From assembly GCA_964016885.1 (NCBI GenBank), contig OZ024740.1, positions 356,872,001 through 356,936,000 on the forward strand: a DNA stretch of 64,000 bases. Reading direction: 5' to 3'. This DNA comes from Eledone cirrhosa. Taxonomy: Eukaryota. The translations under genes and the position numbers were made by a program. The first letter of the stretch is position 1, and each line of letters opens with the position of its first letter. Below, piece by piece: positions 38,526 through 51,710 of the stretch. Under the pieces are notes generated by a model. That model saw only the letters and a list, made by a program, of their open reading frames with translations, made no database searches and was not told where the DNA came from.

Positions 38526-39385
38526 TGATATGTGTGTGTATGTGTCTGTATGTATGTAATATATATATGGACTGTAAATATATTTACATATAGGGAAGTG
38601 AATATGTGAGCTAGCATGTCCCCCCTCCCACACTTCCCCTCCCAAATCAATATCAACAACATACATTTCTGACAAATATTCCAAAACTATCCTTCTTTTC
38701 TTTCTTTCTATTGTCATCCCATTCTTATCAAAATACATGTATCTTACACCTCATTAAAACCACCACCGCCACCAGACACGCACTTAAATTCATCTTTGGT
38801 TGATTCAGCTAAAGAAACGAATTTGAAAAACAATCTGCCGTTATATTCATCAAAGGAGGGGATTTTTTACAACCACTTTCTTAAACACCCTTATCTTGCT
38901 GTCAACCATCAACATTTTCTGTATGTATATATGTATGAATGTGTGTGTGTGTGTGTGTATGTGTGTATGTGTGTGTGGGGGGGACGGGGGTGTTTGTCTG
39001 TGCGTGTGTTGTATGTTTTAATTCCTTTAAATCTTCATCAACACTCCTTCACTCCCACACTCATTAACACCGTACCCCCGACACATCCAAATCTCTCTTA
39101 TATATAGAGCCACACATCACAACACAACCTGATCTCAATTTCACAATCGCCGCCGATGAATGCGAGAAAGTTCTCTAAGAAAGTTAACCAGGTATCTTTA
39201 AAATTCTTCCCACCGAAGTTAACAAAGAACTTGCTAGATTTACCAACTCATAATATTATAATATTATAAAATTAAATCAAATTATTTAGACCTACAAGTG
39301 AAGCCATTCTTTTCCTATGGGTCAAATATATATATAAATATATACGATATTAAACAAATGGAAACTACATTTATAAAACCATATT

Positions 39386-39451
39386 TATTTCATTATATAT
39401 ATTTCAGGGATATCATATTAAAAATATGGTATGTCCTCTTCAGACAAAATA
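39386..39451 (-). ncRNA. Type I hammerhead ribozyme (same family as 4453 and 47879)
   Basis: Reverse complement reads TATTTTGT-CTGAAGA-GGACATACCATATT..AATATGATATCCCT-GAAA-TATATA-TA-ATGAAATA. Confidence 0.75.
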
Positions 39452-39849
39452 CAATATATAAACAGTTTTATAAATAAATTTGACATACCTTAAACTTTAC
39501 AACTTCCATTTAAAAAGTTGTTTTGGTAGTGGAAATGTTAAGGACAGTTAGAAAGAAAGACGAAGAGAAAAAAAAAGAAAGTGTATAGTGCTAAGGACAG
39601 TTAGAGAGGAAGACGAAGAAAATGAAGAAATGCATGTAAAGAAAAATCAACAGAGCGAGATAGAGAGAGAGATATGGGAGTGCTTTTATATCAGAGAGAT
39701 ATGTTGAGTGCTTTTATATCAGTTATAAAATATTTACTCGTTGTAAACCAACAATTTTAAATAAAACTTTTGCATATATAAATATATATATATTTCGTTT
39801 CTGAATTTGTTTAGCAAGATTCTTTTGCTGAAAACGTGTGTTGAAACCG

Positions 39850-40716
39850 ATATTGTTATACTTTGGGAGGGTCAGGTTGCCAATAAGAAACACACGCACT
39901 AGTTGCTTTCACTTCAATTTATTATAATAAATTTATAAATTTCCGGATGGTTGTTTATATATTGTCAAAGTTCTTTCGTCACACATTCTGTGACCTCTTC
40001 AGTGACTGGGGATTCTTTTATTTGTTTTTGTGCCTCTCCTTTGTTCTGTCCTACGCCATCTTGTTTCTGTGTGTGTGTTGTGTGCTCAGTTTATTTACAT
40101 GTTACAGGTTGGTTGTTTGTTCTATGTGCGTGTGTGTTTTCATTTTGTCCTTAATTGTAAGTTGTGATGTTGCTGTTCCACTCATGTTTTCTATTTAATT
40201 TTGGTTGTAATTCTTTTATGTTTATTGCCTCTGTGATTTGTCTAAACATTGCGTCTTTTCTGTGTGTAGATTCTATTTTGATTTCTATCTTCTCTAATTT
40301 ACCCTTATGTTCTATTTTAGCATGTTGGTAGAGTACAGATGATTCTTTACTATCTTGAAGGTCTCGCCAGTGTTCATTTATCCGTTCCCCTACACTACGA
40401 GCTGTCTCACCTATGTACACTATATTTTTGTCTCTACATTGTTCTTCAGTACATCTTATGCTATATACTACATTTCTAGTTTTACAGTTAATATGGCGGC
40501 TTCATTTACAGGTTATACATTTCTTTTCTATACAGGGGGTCTTTGAAAAGGGTATGTCTTGCTAATAAGTGTTTTTATGGAGGTACCTGGTCTTTCTACT
40601 ATCTGTGTGGGTTTTCTTGGCCATTGAGGTAATGGTAGGTGGTCTGCCTCTTGCTGGTCTTGTAGGGCACAGGTTGCTAAGGTCATATGTGTCTAGATAA
40701 TTATTACTATAGGTAA
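39850..40716 (-). mobile_element. Inverted duplicate of the Penelope 3' end (39850-40605) joined to an inverted copy of 40830-40945
   Basis: ORF 40151-40420 MYIGETARSVGERINEH...LNRKHEW is intact here. Hammerhead at 39964-40006. Confidence 0.92.
39964..40006 (-). ncRNA. Minimal type I hammerhead in the PLE terminal repeat; counterpart at 42554-42596 (+)
   Basis: GTCA-CTGAAGA-GGTCACA gaatg TGTGAC-GAAA-GAAC-TT-TGAC. Confidence 0.75.
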
Positions 40717-40719
40717 TAA

Positions 40720-42738
40720 TTGGTAAATATTGACGTGGATTTTGCTGTGGAGAAATGCGTAGAATTGATCAGTGAGAGCAATGTCGAGTTCCGTGGGATT
40801 GATACCAGTGAGCTGGGACTCCTACTTAAACTTACCTATAGTAATAATTATCTAGACACATATGACCTTAGCAACCTGTGCTCTACAAGACCAGCAAGAG
40901 GCAGACAACCTACCATTACCTCAATGGCCAAGAAAACCCACACAGATAGATGGAACGGGTGAACCAGAGCCATACGGACGCCCGAAAACCACGATGAACT
41001 AAAGAAAATGATTGCACATGCGGTGGGGGCCAGCATAAAATTAACCCTTAAGGAACATATGTTCAAATTTAATGGAAAAACATATGCCCAAGAGGAGGGG
41101 GCAGCCATTGGTGTTAGCATTGCAGGCGACATAGCTAACTTATTCATGGTATGGTGGGACAGTTGACTTAAACTTAAACTTAAAGAACAATTAGAAGACC
41201 CCTTAACCCTGATAATGTACTCCCGCTACGTTGATGATATAAACATCGTAGTTAAAACATCCCCACTAGAGAACAGTCAGGAACTAGAGAAAAACACAAT
41301 GGAAAGCATCCAGCAAATAGCTAACTCCATCCACCAGAGTATTAGAGTTACTATAGACTACCCAAGCAAACACCCCAACCATCGATTACCTGTACTAGAC
41401 ACAGAGCTCTGGTTAGATACCATTAATAACAAAAAACAAATCCTCCATTCCCATTATGCCAAACCCATTACTTCCAAATATCTGATCCACCGAAACTCAG
41501 CTGTTTCGGACCATACCAAAATCAACATACTGATTGCGGATTTGGTACGGGTGATGAGAAACGTGTCCCGCATGTGCAACCCCGAAGAACTAGAGAGACA
41601 CATACAACACTTCATCCACCGTATGCAGTTCTCTGGTTACAATCAGAAAGATAAAATCAGAGGAGCCAGAACCAAATGGGAAAAAATGGTAAATAATGAC
41701 ACAAATGGGACCTGCCCCTTGTATAGGAGCAAATTTTAGAATAGAATAGAAAGAACTAGGAATAAGGCTAATAGAATAAACTCATAGTATGATAGCAATA
41801 AATACCAGAGTGTAATGTTCATCGATACAACCCCTAGAGGTGAATTAGCTTACAAATTTAGAAGGGCCCTAGATAAACATAAACTCAATATTAGGATAGT
41901 AGAAAGACCAGGTACCTCCATAAAAACACTTATTAGCAAGATATACCCTTTTCAAAGACCCCCCTGTGTAGACAAGAAATGCATAACCTGTAAATTAAGC
42001 CCCCATATTAACTGTAAAACTAGAAATGTAGTATATAGCATAAGATGTACTGAAGGATAATGTAGAGACAAAAATATAATGTACATAGGTGAGACAGCTC
42101 GTAGTGTAGGGGAACGGATAAATGAACACTGGCGAGACCTTCAAGATAGTAAAGAATCATCTGTACTCTACCAACATGCTAAAATAGAACATAAGAATAA
42201 ATTAGAGAAGATAGATAGAAATAAAAATAGAATCTACACACAGAAAAGACGCAATGTTTAGACAAATCACAGAGGCAATAAACATAAAACAATTACAACC
42301 AAAATTAAATAGAAAACATGAGTGGAACAGCAACATCACAACTTACAATAAAGGACAAAATGGAAACACACACGCACATAGAACAAACAACCAACCTGTA
42401 ACATGTAAATAAACAAATAAATAAACGAATATAAACACACACAGACACCCGGATGTGGCGCATGCGCAGACTTAGCACACAACACACACACAGAAACAAG
42501 ATGGCGTAGGACAGAACAAAGGAGAGGCACAAAAACAAAGAAAAGAATCCCCAGTCACTGAAGAATTCACAGAATGTGTGACGAAAGAACTTTGACAATA
42601 TATAAACAACCATCCGGTTGTGGAACCAACCAACCGGAAATTTATAAATTCCTAAATTTATAAATTCATTATAATAAATTGAAGTGAAAGCAACTAGTGC
42701 GTGTGTTTCTTATTGGCAACATGACCCTCCCAAAGTAT

Positions 42739-42745
<7 letters not shown>
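40720..42745 (+). mobile_element. Penelope-like retroelement, 5'-truncated: RT plus C-terminal GIY-YIG endonuclease plus terminal repeat; pseudogenised
   Basis: Reads HMFKFNGKTYAQEEGAAIGVSIAGDIANLFM, YSRYVDDI, LPVLD and NVVYSIRC...YIGETARSVGERINEH. Several in-frame stops. Ends at (TA)n. Confidence 0.93.
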
Positions 42746-42825
<80 letters not shown>

Positions 42826-43164
42826 TTGACAAACCAATCAAATTACTTCTCGAAAAACCTGGCATTTCGAGCCACTTTTTCCATATAAAACAAGTAACAT
42901 TCAGAGACCAACCAGATGTGAGAAAAACCACAGACCCTCCATCTCAACTCACCTTTTGAAAAGCAGAAGAACTGCGAAACCGGTAAAGGAACCAAATAAA
43001 TATATATATTTTTTTAAAAAATAAGACTCTAGTTGCATTTTCGATTTCATCTCTTTTTCTTTATACTTTCACTCGTGTAGGACACCTCGGTTATTTTTCA
43101 TTTTGTAAAAAACACCTCACTTTCTAATTTATATATATATATATATGTATATACATATATATAT

Positions 43165-43349
43165 ATAGTCTGTATTTTTTACCGTTGGTCAGTCAATGGT
43201 AACATTGAGGACCGAATAAATTAAATTAACTGATATAAAAGATACAGAAGCGAAAACCATCCAAACAGTGAGTGTGTTCCCTTTATTAATTCTGGCAATA
43301 TCAATATTATTACACAAATATGACCCTCCCTAAGTATAACAGTATAACA

Positions 43350-43352
<3 letters not shown>
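43165..43352 (+). mobile_element. PLE family A terminal fragment between (TA)n tracts
   Basis: Matches 2730-2892 and 56625-56795. Confidence 0.85.
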
Positions 43353-43426
<74 letters not shown>

Positions 43427-43427
43427 C

Positions 43428-45200
43428 ATCCGAGATATTCGTCTCGGTGGTAGTTCCCCCATCGCCCGCCACTTTGGTGCCCCTGGACATTCCGCGCACC
43501 ACCTCACAGTCTGTGGCTTACTCCAATGTCCCGGAACACCCGCCACTCTCCTCAGGGTCGAACAACGAGCCATCTTCACCCTATAGACCCACACTCCCCC
43601 CGGCCTGAACTTCCCACCCTTATTCCTTTAGCCTTCGACCGCCCCCCTCTACCCACATATATCCCCCACTAACACCACTAACACACCCCTCCTTTTCACC
43701 GCCCACCCCCAACTAACAATACTAACACCTCCATCCCACACCCTACCACCCTTCCCCAACTAACATACTAACATCCCTCCCTTCTTCTGCCCCCTCCCCT
43801 TATCACACGCACACACCTACCGGTACATATATACACGCGCTCACACTAAACACACACCCTACTACCACCACTAACCCTCACCCCCACACATCCACCCCAC
43901 CACCCTGCAACTAACATAACTAACACCCCCCGACCCCACGCACACGAACACACCCACCCACTCTACACGCAACTAACATCACTAACATCCCCCAACCCTA
44001 CGCACACGAACACACCCACCCACTTACACCACACACTTTACACACCCTACCACCACTGACCCCCACTCACACCCGCATTCAACCCTTTCCCCACCACCAG
44101 TCTACTAACACCCACTGACACCCCCTTCACCACACACACACCAGTACACTACACTCCCTCCACCGTCCCCCACACCCTTCTCTCCCCGCTCCACACACAC
44201 ATCCCACTAACACCTCTACTAATACACACACACCCCCTCCCCACTCCAACTTTCACACCTACCCATCCTCTCCCCTGTCCACCGCACCTCCGCACACACT
44301 GACACACCGACTTTCTTCACTTACCATTCTCCCCGACTGCTGCTATGCCCTTATCTCTGACCACCTCCCCGCACACACAGACACACAACCCTCCTCCTGC
44401 CTTGACCCTCTGACCACTTCCTGTTGCGCGCCCACCCCACATCTCCTCTCTTCCGACCAACCCAACCACGGATTACACATATTGGACATCGATCCCTAGA
44501 ATCAACCACATCCCAAGGATATTACCCAGCATTCCACCACATCCTCTACGGAACTACCTTACTGACATACACTCAAAAAAAAATGTTTCCCACACGCCAC
44601 CAACATCCACAACACGCATAAACACCACACACACGTGCGTACCACCACATATTTACACACTCAGCCTCCGGAATCCTCTCCCCCCACCCCTCTGACGCCT
44701 CCCCATCCACACACGCACACACACACCGACCTACACCGTACCCCACACACACCTGTTCCTGAACATGCAACCCCGTTCCTCCCCAACTCTTACTTTCACA
44801 TACACACACACACACACGTACACCTACACACACACACCACCTTCATCCCTCCCCGCTCGGACACCCCACCTCCCTCTCCCCACTCCACCCGCCACCACCC
44901 CTACACGCCCCACAACCTTTCACCACCTGTTTTACTTCATGTTTATTTTTATTTTTATTATCTTTTATATTTAATTTCATTTGTACCGTTTCCTATCACC
45001 CCCTTTTTTCTATATATCTCTCCACCACTCCCCTACACACCCTTGGAATTCTCTTCCCACACACTTTTCACCTGAAGAAGGGCTTATGCCCGAAACGTCG
45101 TTCCCCACCACCACCCCACTCTCAAGAGCGTGAAACTAATAAACCTTTGTTCGTACTGCCTCTCTCTTTTGTTCCCGTTCAATTTTTACTATATATATAT
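43428..45200 (+). mobile_element. Another PLE 3' portion: GIY-YIG C-terminus, long C/A-rich UTR and hammerhead-like core (45068-45102)
   Basis: Reads IRDIRLGGSSPIARHF...HSAHHLTVCGL...EQRAIFTL*T..P.GLN. Core CTGAAGA-AGGGC ttat GCCC-GAAA-CG-TC. A related end lies at 53940-54300. Confidence 0.8.
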
Positions 45201-46222
45201 TACTGCTCCCCCGTTCTCTCTGTTTCTCTCAACTTCTTTCGCCCCGTCTGTCAGTTACACTTTCTCTCGACTGACCTCTTCCTCGCACTTCCACTCACTC
45301 ACTCTCTGTTTCTTCCCTTCTCACTTCCTCCCGTTTCGTTGGTAGTGGGTTCTTTCTTTCATTCTCACATCTCACTCACGTCGGGCGGTCTGTATTCTGA
45401 ACGCTCATGAAATTCACCCAGCTTATGCTGACCGGATAACCATGTTGCTTGTTTTTTCCTATCTTCGGTTTGCTTTTATCCTTCTATGTTGTTTACTTGT
45501 CTCACTCGCTTTACGCGACTCACTTGTCCCAATAGCTTTTTTTAGTTATTGCTCGCACCAACCTGAGATATATGATTTTTAATGCGATGAAATACCAATG
45601 ATGGTTGGAAAATCACTGACGAGGGACTAATTTTATAATATGTAACCCATGTGCAACCACGCAGTATTCCTATTTCTTCTCATGTTTTTTATACATATTT
45701 ACCTCGGCTGCGTTTGTCTGTTTCTCTCTTTCTCTCTTACTGCTCCCCCGTTCTCTCTGTTTCTCTCACCTTCTTCGCCCCCTCTATCAGTTACACTTTC
45801 TCTCGACTGACCTCTTCCTCGCACTTCCACTCACTCACTCTCTGTTTCTCCCCTTCTCACTTCCTCCCGTTTCGTTGGTAGTGGGGTTCTTTCTTTCTTT
45901 CTCACATCTCACTCACGTCAGACGGTCTGTATTCTGAATGCTCATGAAATTCACCCAGATTATGCTGACCGGATAACCATGTTGCTTGTTTTTTTTCCTA
46001 TCTTCGGTTTGCTTTTATCCTTCTATGTTGTTTACTTGTCTCACTCGCTTTATGCGACTCACTTGTCCCAATCGCTTTTTTTAGTTATTGCTCGCACCAA
46101 CCTGAGGTATATGATTTTTAATGCGATGAAATACCAATGATGGTTGGCAAATCACTGACGAGGGACTAATTTTATAATATGTAACCCATGTGCAACCACG
46201 CATTATTCCTATTTCTTCTCAT
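45200..46222 (+). repeat. Tandem ~538-bp unit, about 1.9 copies
   Basis: 45200-45690 is repeated at 45737-46222; homologous to the reverse of 2989-3625. Confidence 0.92.
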
Positions 46223-46343
<121 letters not shown>

Positions 46344-46430
46344 GCCAATCATTGTAAGTTTGAATCTGACGTGCAGAAACATATATGTCTGAATAAAATA
46401 AGCCCAAATCATAGAAGATTCAAATACCAC

Positions 46431-46461
<31 letters not shown>

Positions 46462-47878
46462 TAGTGGGGGAGAAACGAGGTGCAACAGAAATGAAACATG
46501 GATTACAGGTTAAAATGTAATCTAGATAGATTTGAAACAAAACGAGGATGTAGTTTATTGAACACCCAAATGGTTTAGAAATCGACATTAAGTAGGAGCA
46601 ATAACATTATTACGCAAATTTTATCCAAATTTTGCAACCTATGTGTTGAAGAAATATTCTTTATACTTAAATGTAAGAACTCCATTAATTTGCGTAATAA
46701 TTTATTTAGTTCTTGTAAACATCGATTAAATTCAACTTTTAGATATATATATATAAAATGTAATTACACGTTTAATCTTCCTTACATAATGTTTACTCTA
46801 TCCAAACACCTATAATCTCATTTCTTAAATTATATACATATATGTTCAGAAATTTAATGTAATTTTAATTACCTCGTAAATATATAATACACTTCTTAAA
46901 TCTCTAATTTACTTCTTAAAACATTTACTTTCTAATATTTCTTCTTCATATATATATGTTTACCTTATCTAGCTTACTTCCAAAAATATCTAATAATCCT
47001 TCTGGATTGGTTACTTGAAAATGTTTGAGGTTTTTTAAAATGGTCTTTTAAAATGTATTTTTTATGTTTTTGAAAATGTTTTTGAAAAGTTTTTTAAGAG
47101 TGTTATAGAAATTTATAAAAATTATTCCTTTAGGCTATTATATACTTTTAATTAAGTAATTTTTCGTAACCTTGGTAATTTTTCCTAAGTACGTAAGATT
47201 TGACTTACAACCGGTAATAAACTCTGGCTAAATATATCTTTGTCAAACTCATCTCATAATAACTAGTAAATAAACAAATGTTGATTCTCAATATTTTCCA
47301 ACATAAAACATTATACATATAAATAATTTATCATCTATAACATGACATATTATTTTAAATACATCTTTAATGTAATATAGCCTTATTTTAATTTAACACT
47401 ATTTTTAATTTATCATCATCATTAATTTATGATTATTTTTATATTATCATTATTTTTTAATATAAACATAACAAAAAAAAATGTATTTACGAGATATGGA
47501 TTCTTCGCTCGTTCTTCTTTAACTTTCTTTCATTATTACTCTGCATATGATTCTTTTTCTTTCTTTTTCTTTCTTTCTTCCTCTCTCTCTTTCTTCCTCT
47601 CTCTCTCTTTCTTTCTTCTCTCTTTTTCTTTTTCTTGTCCTTTTTCTTTCTCTTTTTTTCTCTCTCTCTCTTTTTTCTCTCTCTCTTTTCTTCTCTCTTC
47701 TTCCAACAGTATAATTTAAATAAACCGTTGTTTTTTCATTTTTTTCTGACATTCATTTGCATACTCACACATAACTTTGAATCACCCTCAATAAAATTTT
47801 TTTTCCACTATCTAGCGAACCTCCAACCGTCAAGGTCGTTCTTCTGCGGGTATGTCAACATTTATAAAACAAATTTTG

Positions 47879-47944
47879 TATTTTATCTGATGAAAGCTCA
47901 CCAAAATTTTCCTTGGTTGCCCTTGAAATATATATAATAAAATA
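47879..47944 (+). ncRNA. Type I hammerhead ribozyme
   Basis: TATTTTAT-CTGATGA-AAGCTCACCAA..TTGGTTGCCCTT-GAAA-TATATA-TA-ATAAAATA, ~40 bp upstream of (TA)n. Confidence 0.82.
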
Positions 47945-48016
47945 ATTATGGTTTTATAAATATGGTCTCCTTTTATTAATATAAAGTATATATATATATC
48001 TATATATATATATATA

Positions 48017-48087
<71 letters not shown>

Positions 48088-48090
<3 letters not shown>

Positions 48091-48276
48091 TAAGTTATTC
48101 CGGGTTGAATCGGAGGTAACCACAGTAAGTAAGGTACTCAATACATAGCAGAGTATAAAAGTTTTAATATAGATGAGATTCTACAGGACTAGAACTGTTT
48201 CATTCTTTAGAAATCATCAGGAATCAGGGATTCCTGATGATTTCTAGAGAATGAAACAGTTCTAGTCCTGTAGAAA

Positions 48277-48281
<5 letters not shown>
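48088..48281. mobile_element. PLE-end fold-back with back-to-back hammerheads (48177-48225 minus, 48229-48275 plus)
   Basis: GATTC-CTGATGA-TTTCTA.AGAAT-GAAA-CAG..CTG-TA-GAA(TC) on both strands; (TA)n on both sides. Confidence 0.85.
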
Positions 48282-48349
<68 letters not shown>

Positions 48350-48588
48350 GATAACAAAATATCGTTATAAGTAATCCAGTTGGAGGTTGTGAATACTTCT
48401 TATTCTTACTATGGATAGTTTTAGCGTACGGCTTTGTTTGACTCAACAAGAGGTTTACGTAGATGGCGAGATTATGATTTAACTTGAGAAACAATTGTTA
48501 GACTGTAAATAAATTCCCCTTTTTTGTACTGTTGACCATGTTATTCTTCAATTTTTCAATTACATATATATATATATATATATATAAC

Positions 48589-48667
<79 letters not shown>

Positions 48668-48768
48668 ACAGATATATATATAAACCTACTTTCAGAATCA
48701 AAGCTCAAAATATGTGTTGTCGTTCATGGCTTTCCTGGGGCTATTAGTAATATTTAGGGTCGACGTTT

Positions 48769-49055
48769 GGTCATTATTGAAAGTACCAGTAATACACTGA
48801 GATAATTGCTGGCCTTGTGCCAAAAGTAGAAACAGTTATTGAAAGTCTCTGGATTTCGCGAAATACATAATGTTTTTTTATTGGAGAAGGTAAGGTATTT
48901 TTCCGCAAAAATTTGATTGCACTGTTTTGTTTCCATTTATATATTTTTCGAAGATGTCATTTATTTATTATAAAAATTAAATGATAGTATTCTACATGTA
49001 GGTGGGCCCCCTTCATCTCCTGGCAATCAATATTTTTAGAACCAGTTCGCCACTG
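48769..49055 (+). mobile_element. hAT-like right terminus (copy 2) containing a SINE 3' fragment (48785-48835) with TSD TTATTGAAAGT
   Basis: Homologous to 32843-32862 plus 35150-35354; ends CCAGTTCGCCACTG. Confidence 0.7.
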
Positions 49056-49075
49056 GTAGTAGTAGTAGTAGTAGC

Positions 49076-49133
<58 letters not shown>

Positions 49134-49789
49134 TAATTATAATTATAATCGTAGATATGTAACGTGGATGGAGATAGGATAAAAAGTATACGAGAAATGT
49201 TTAGAAGGAGGTGTAATATTAACATTGTGTGGAAGAAGAAAAAAGGGGTAACAAATATTGTAGGGGGGTGCAAAATGTAACCCCATGCTGCAATAGAAAA
49301 AGGTATTTGATTGTGTGTTGATGGAAGGGAGAAGTAGTATCCTCGTGAGGCAAAAGAGAGTAATTTACTAACATAAACACGCACACAAACACACACATGG
49401 CATACAGAGACCTACAACTGGTGACGGTAGTGGATGTGGTAAGGTGGAAAAAGGCAAAGATTGTAGCTAATTTGTTAAAAACAAATGTATAATCTTTTTC
49501 AAATTGCAGTTTAGTGAAATATTTTCCAAAGAAATAGGTTCCCAATTAGCTTAGCTTATTCAATGATAATTAATAAATTAATAAATTATGGGATTTAACG
49601 TACCACAACCAGTCTTTACTCATGAAGATAGTTATATATTGGATAAGGTATTCTAAATGTAGTCATTATTTTTCTTATTTTGTTATTGTTATTTAAATTT
49701 TTACACCTTTTATTTGTAAACCCCCACTCTCCCTATCTAGTGTATCGTTCCCTATATGTCGGCCCTTGTGGCCAATATAAATAAAACCA

Positions 49790-51650
49790 TTATTTTTCTT
49801 GATTTTCTTTTGTCTATTCTTGATAGCTCTTTTAGTATCCAATTCAGAATATTAAAACTGTTGCTTATTACTGGAATCGCTAGAGTATTGATGCCTATTT
49901 CCTTATTCTTTGTAATTACTTCTTAAGTAGTGATCTAATCCGTCTACAGTATTCCTTTCTAATCTTCTCTTTAATCTATGAGTGTTGAATTCTGTATAGG
50001 TCGTTGCTTCCTAAATACTTGTATATCTGTGTTTGATTAAATTCTCGTATCTCAGTTTCTTTGTCTAGTATGATAATGTTTTTCACTAGTTTAGCTCTCT
50101 TTAGAGTTGCCTTGGTGCATTTTCTAGTTCACATTTCATGCCTATTTCATTTGTAAATCCATGTATTGTCGGTAGCAAAGTTTCAAGTTATCACTCCTCT
50201 GCAGCATACATCTTCACATCATCCATATATAGAAGATGATTAATTTTCTTGTAATATTTTGACCCCAGTCCAATTCTATTTAGTATCTAATATGATGGTA
50301 TTAGTGCTAGGAAGAAAAACAGTGGGGATAGGGAATCCTCTTGGAATATCCTTCTGTTGATTGTGATGGGCTCAGTTTTTATAGTACCGTTCTTCGCTTG
50401 TATCTGCAGAACTGTTTGTCACTTACTCATGTCACATATTCATTTCTAGTGTTTTCAGTATCCATGTATGGGGAACACTGTCAAATGGGGATCAGAGTAC
50501 TTTTCTTTTAATGAGCCACTCAGGTGTCTTTTTAAAATCCTGTATTTTTATGTGCGTTTTTTTGTTTTTTTTATCCTTCCCGAAGCATTATTAGGTGAAA
50601 GGTTTCTGTGTTCATCATCTATATTCGGGTTATCTCTATTTGAAGGTCTTTATATTTAGATAATTTCTTCATTTTATTGAGATATATATCATCATATGAT
50701 GGGACTGATATGTGGATTTGATTCATGTCCTTCCCTAGTGGTCTACGACTACAATATATGTGTGTGTTGGCATTTCTAAGTATATGGTTGTTTGTCAATC
50801 GCTGACAACTTTCATGGTTTATGTCTAGTTTACACTTTCTTATTGGTATTCATAATATTGTCATAATTTCAAGCGTATCCAAATCTCAACTCAGTCAATT
50901 CTGTGGATATATTATTTCTGGTTAAGACTGGACAGCCAGAAACAATGTGCATAATTGTTTGTTACTTCACCATATCAACATACTCTACAGTTACGTAATG
51001 TATTCTGCGTGGTTATGGTCTTTTGGTGGTTTCTGTAAGGGAGACTTTAATCCTGTGCCGCAATTAAGAATCATTCAGACTCCACTTTGAGTTATACACT
51101 TTTTAGTCAGTGTTGCGAGCTTTCTTTTTCTATTTCCTCTGTTTAGCTTTTTTGGACACTGGTCATCTTGGGTGTTTCTTGACATCTTTTTAGCACAACA
51201 TTCTGTTACCATATTTTTAGCTTAGAATTTAGCATTTTCCCCTTTTCTGTTGTTGCTTCCTTTTTTTGCCCATGCCTATCTCTCATTTCAACTTTTGTTT
51301 TATATTTTGTGCTTTCATTGAAGACGGAAAACATTTTTTTTTTTGTTTTCATAGTGTTTTGTAGTTATTTATATGAACTCACTATTATTCTCCACAAGAC
51401 AGTTTTATATTCCTGGAGCAGATATTATATAATAGTCTTCTGGTTGCATAAAATGCTTATTTTCCTACTTTCCATGTCTGATTTGGGGTGATATATTATA
51501 AAAAGCATTCATTATTTTACGTTGTTTTCTTTCTACTCTTGCTAGTGTATTCGGTGTCCAATTAAATATATTAATACTAAAGCTTGTTACTAAGACAGCA
51601 AGGGTATTTATGTCGGTGCATGTCTCTCACCACTTTAGCAAAAGTTACGT
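49790..51650 (-). mobile_element. Degenerate R4/Dong-like non-LTR RT region
   Basis: Minus-strand NRRIFQEDSLSPLFFFLALIP and KINHLLYMDDVKMYA (50200-50360). Confidence 0.8.
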
Positions 51651-51655
51651 TTCTT

Positions 51656-51710
<55 letters not shown>

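Noticed and set aside
40960-42060. In-frame TGA codons in the Penelope ORF as selenocysteine recoding (described for Naiad-clade PLEs)
   Set aside because: The TGAs do not fall at evident Cys motifs, and TAG/TAA stops and a frameshift also occur. The endonuclease is C-terminal rather than N-terminal. This is ordinary decay.
46520-47460. Coding gene in an AT-rich stretch
   Set aside because: No open frame. It is possibly a very decayed PLE RT (PVVSQ-like word on the minus strand) but too weak to call.
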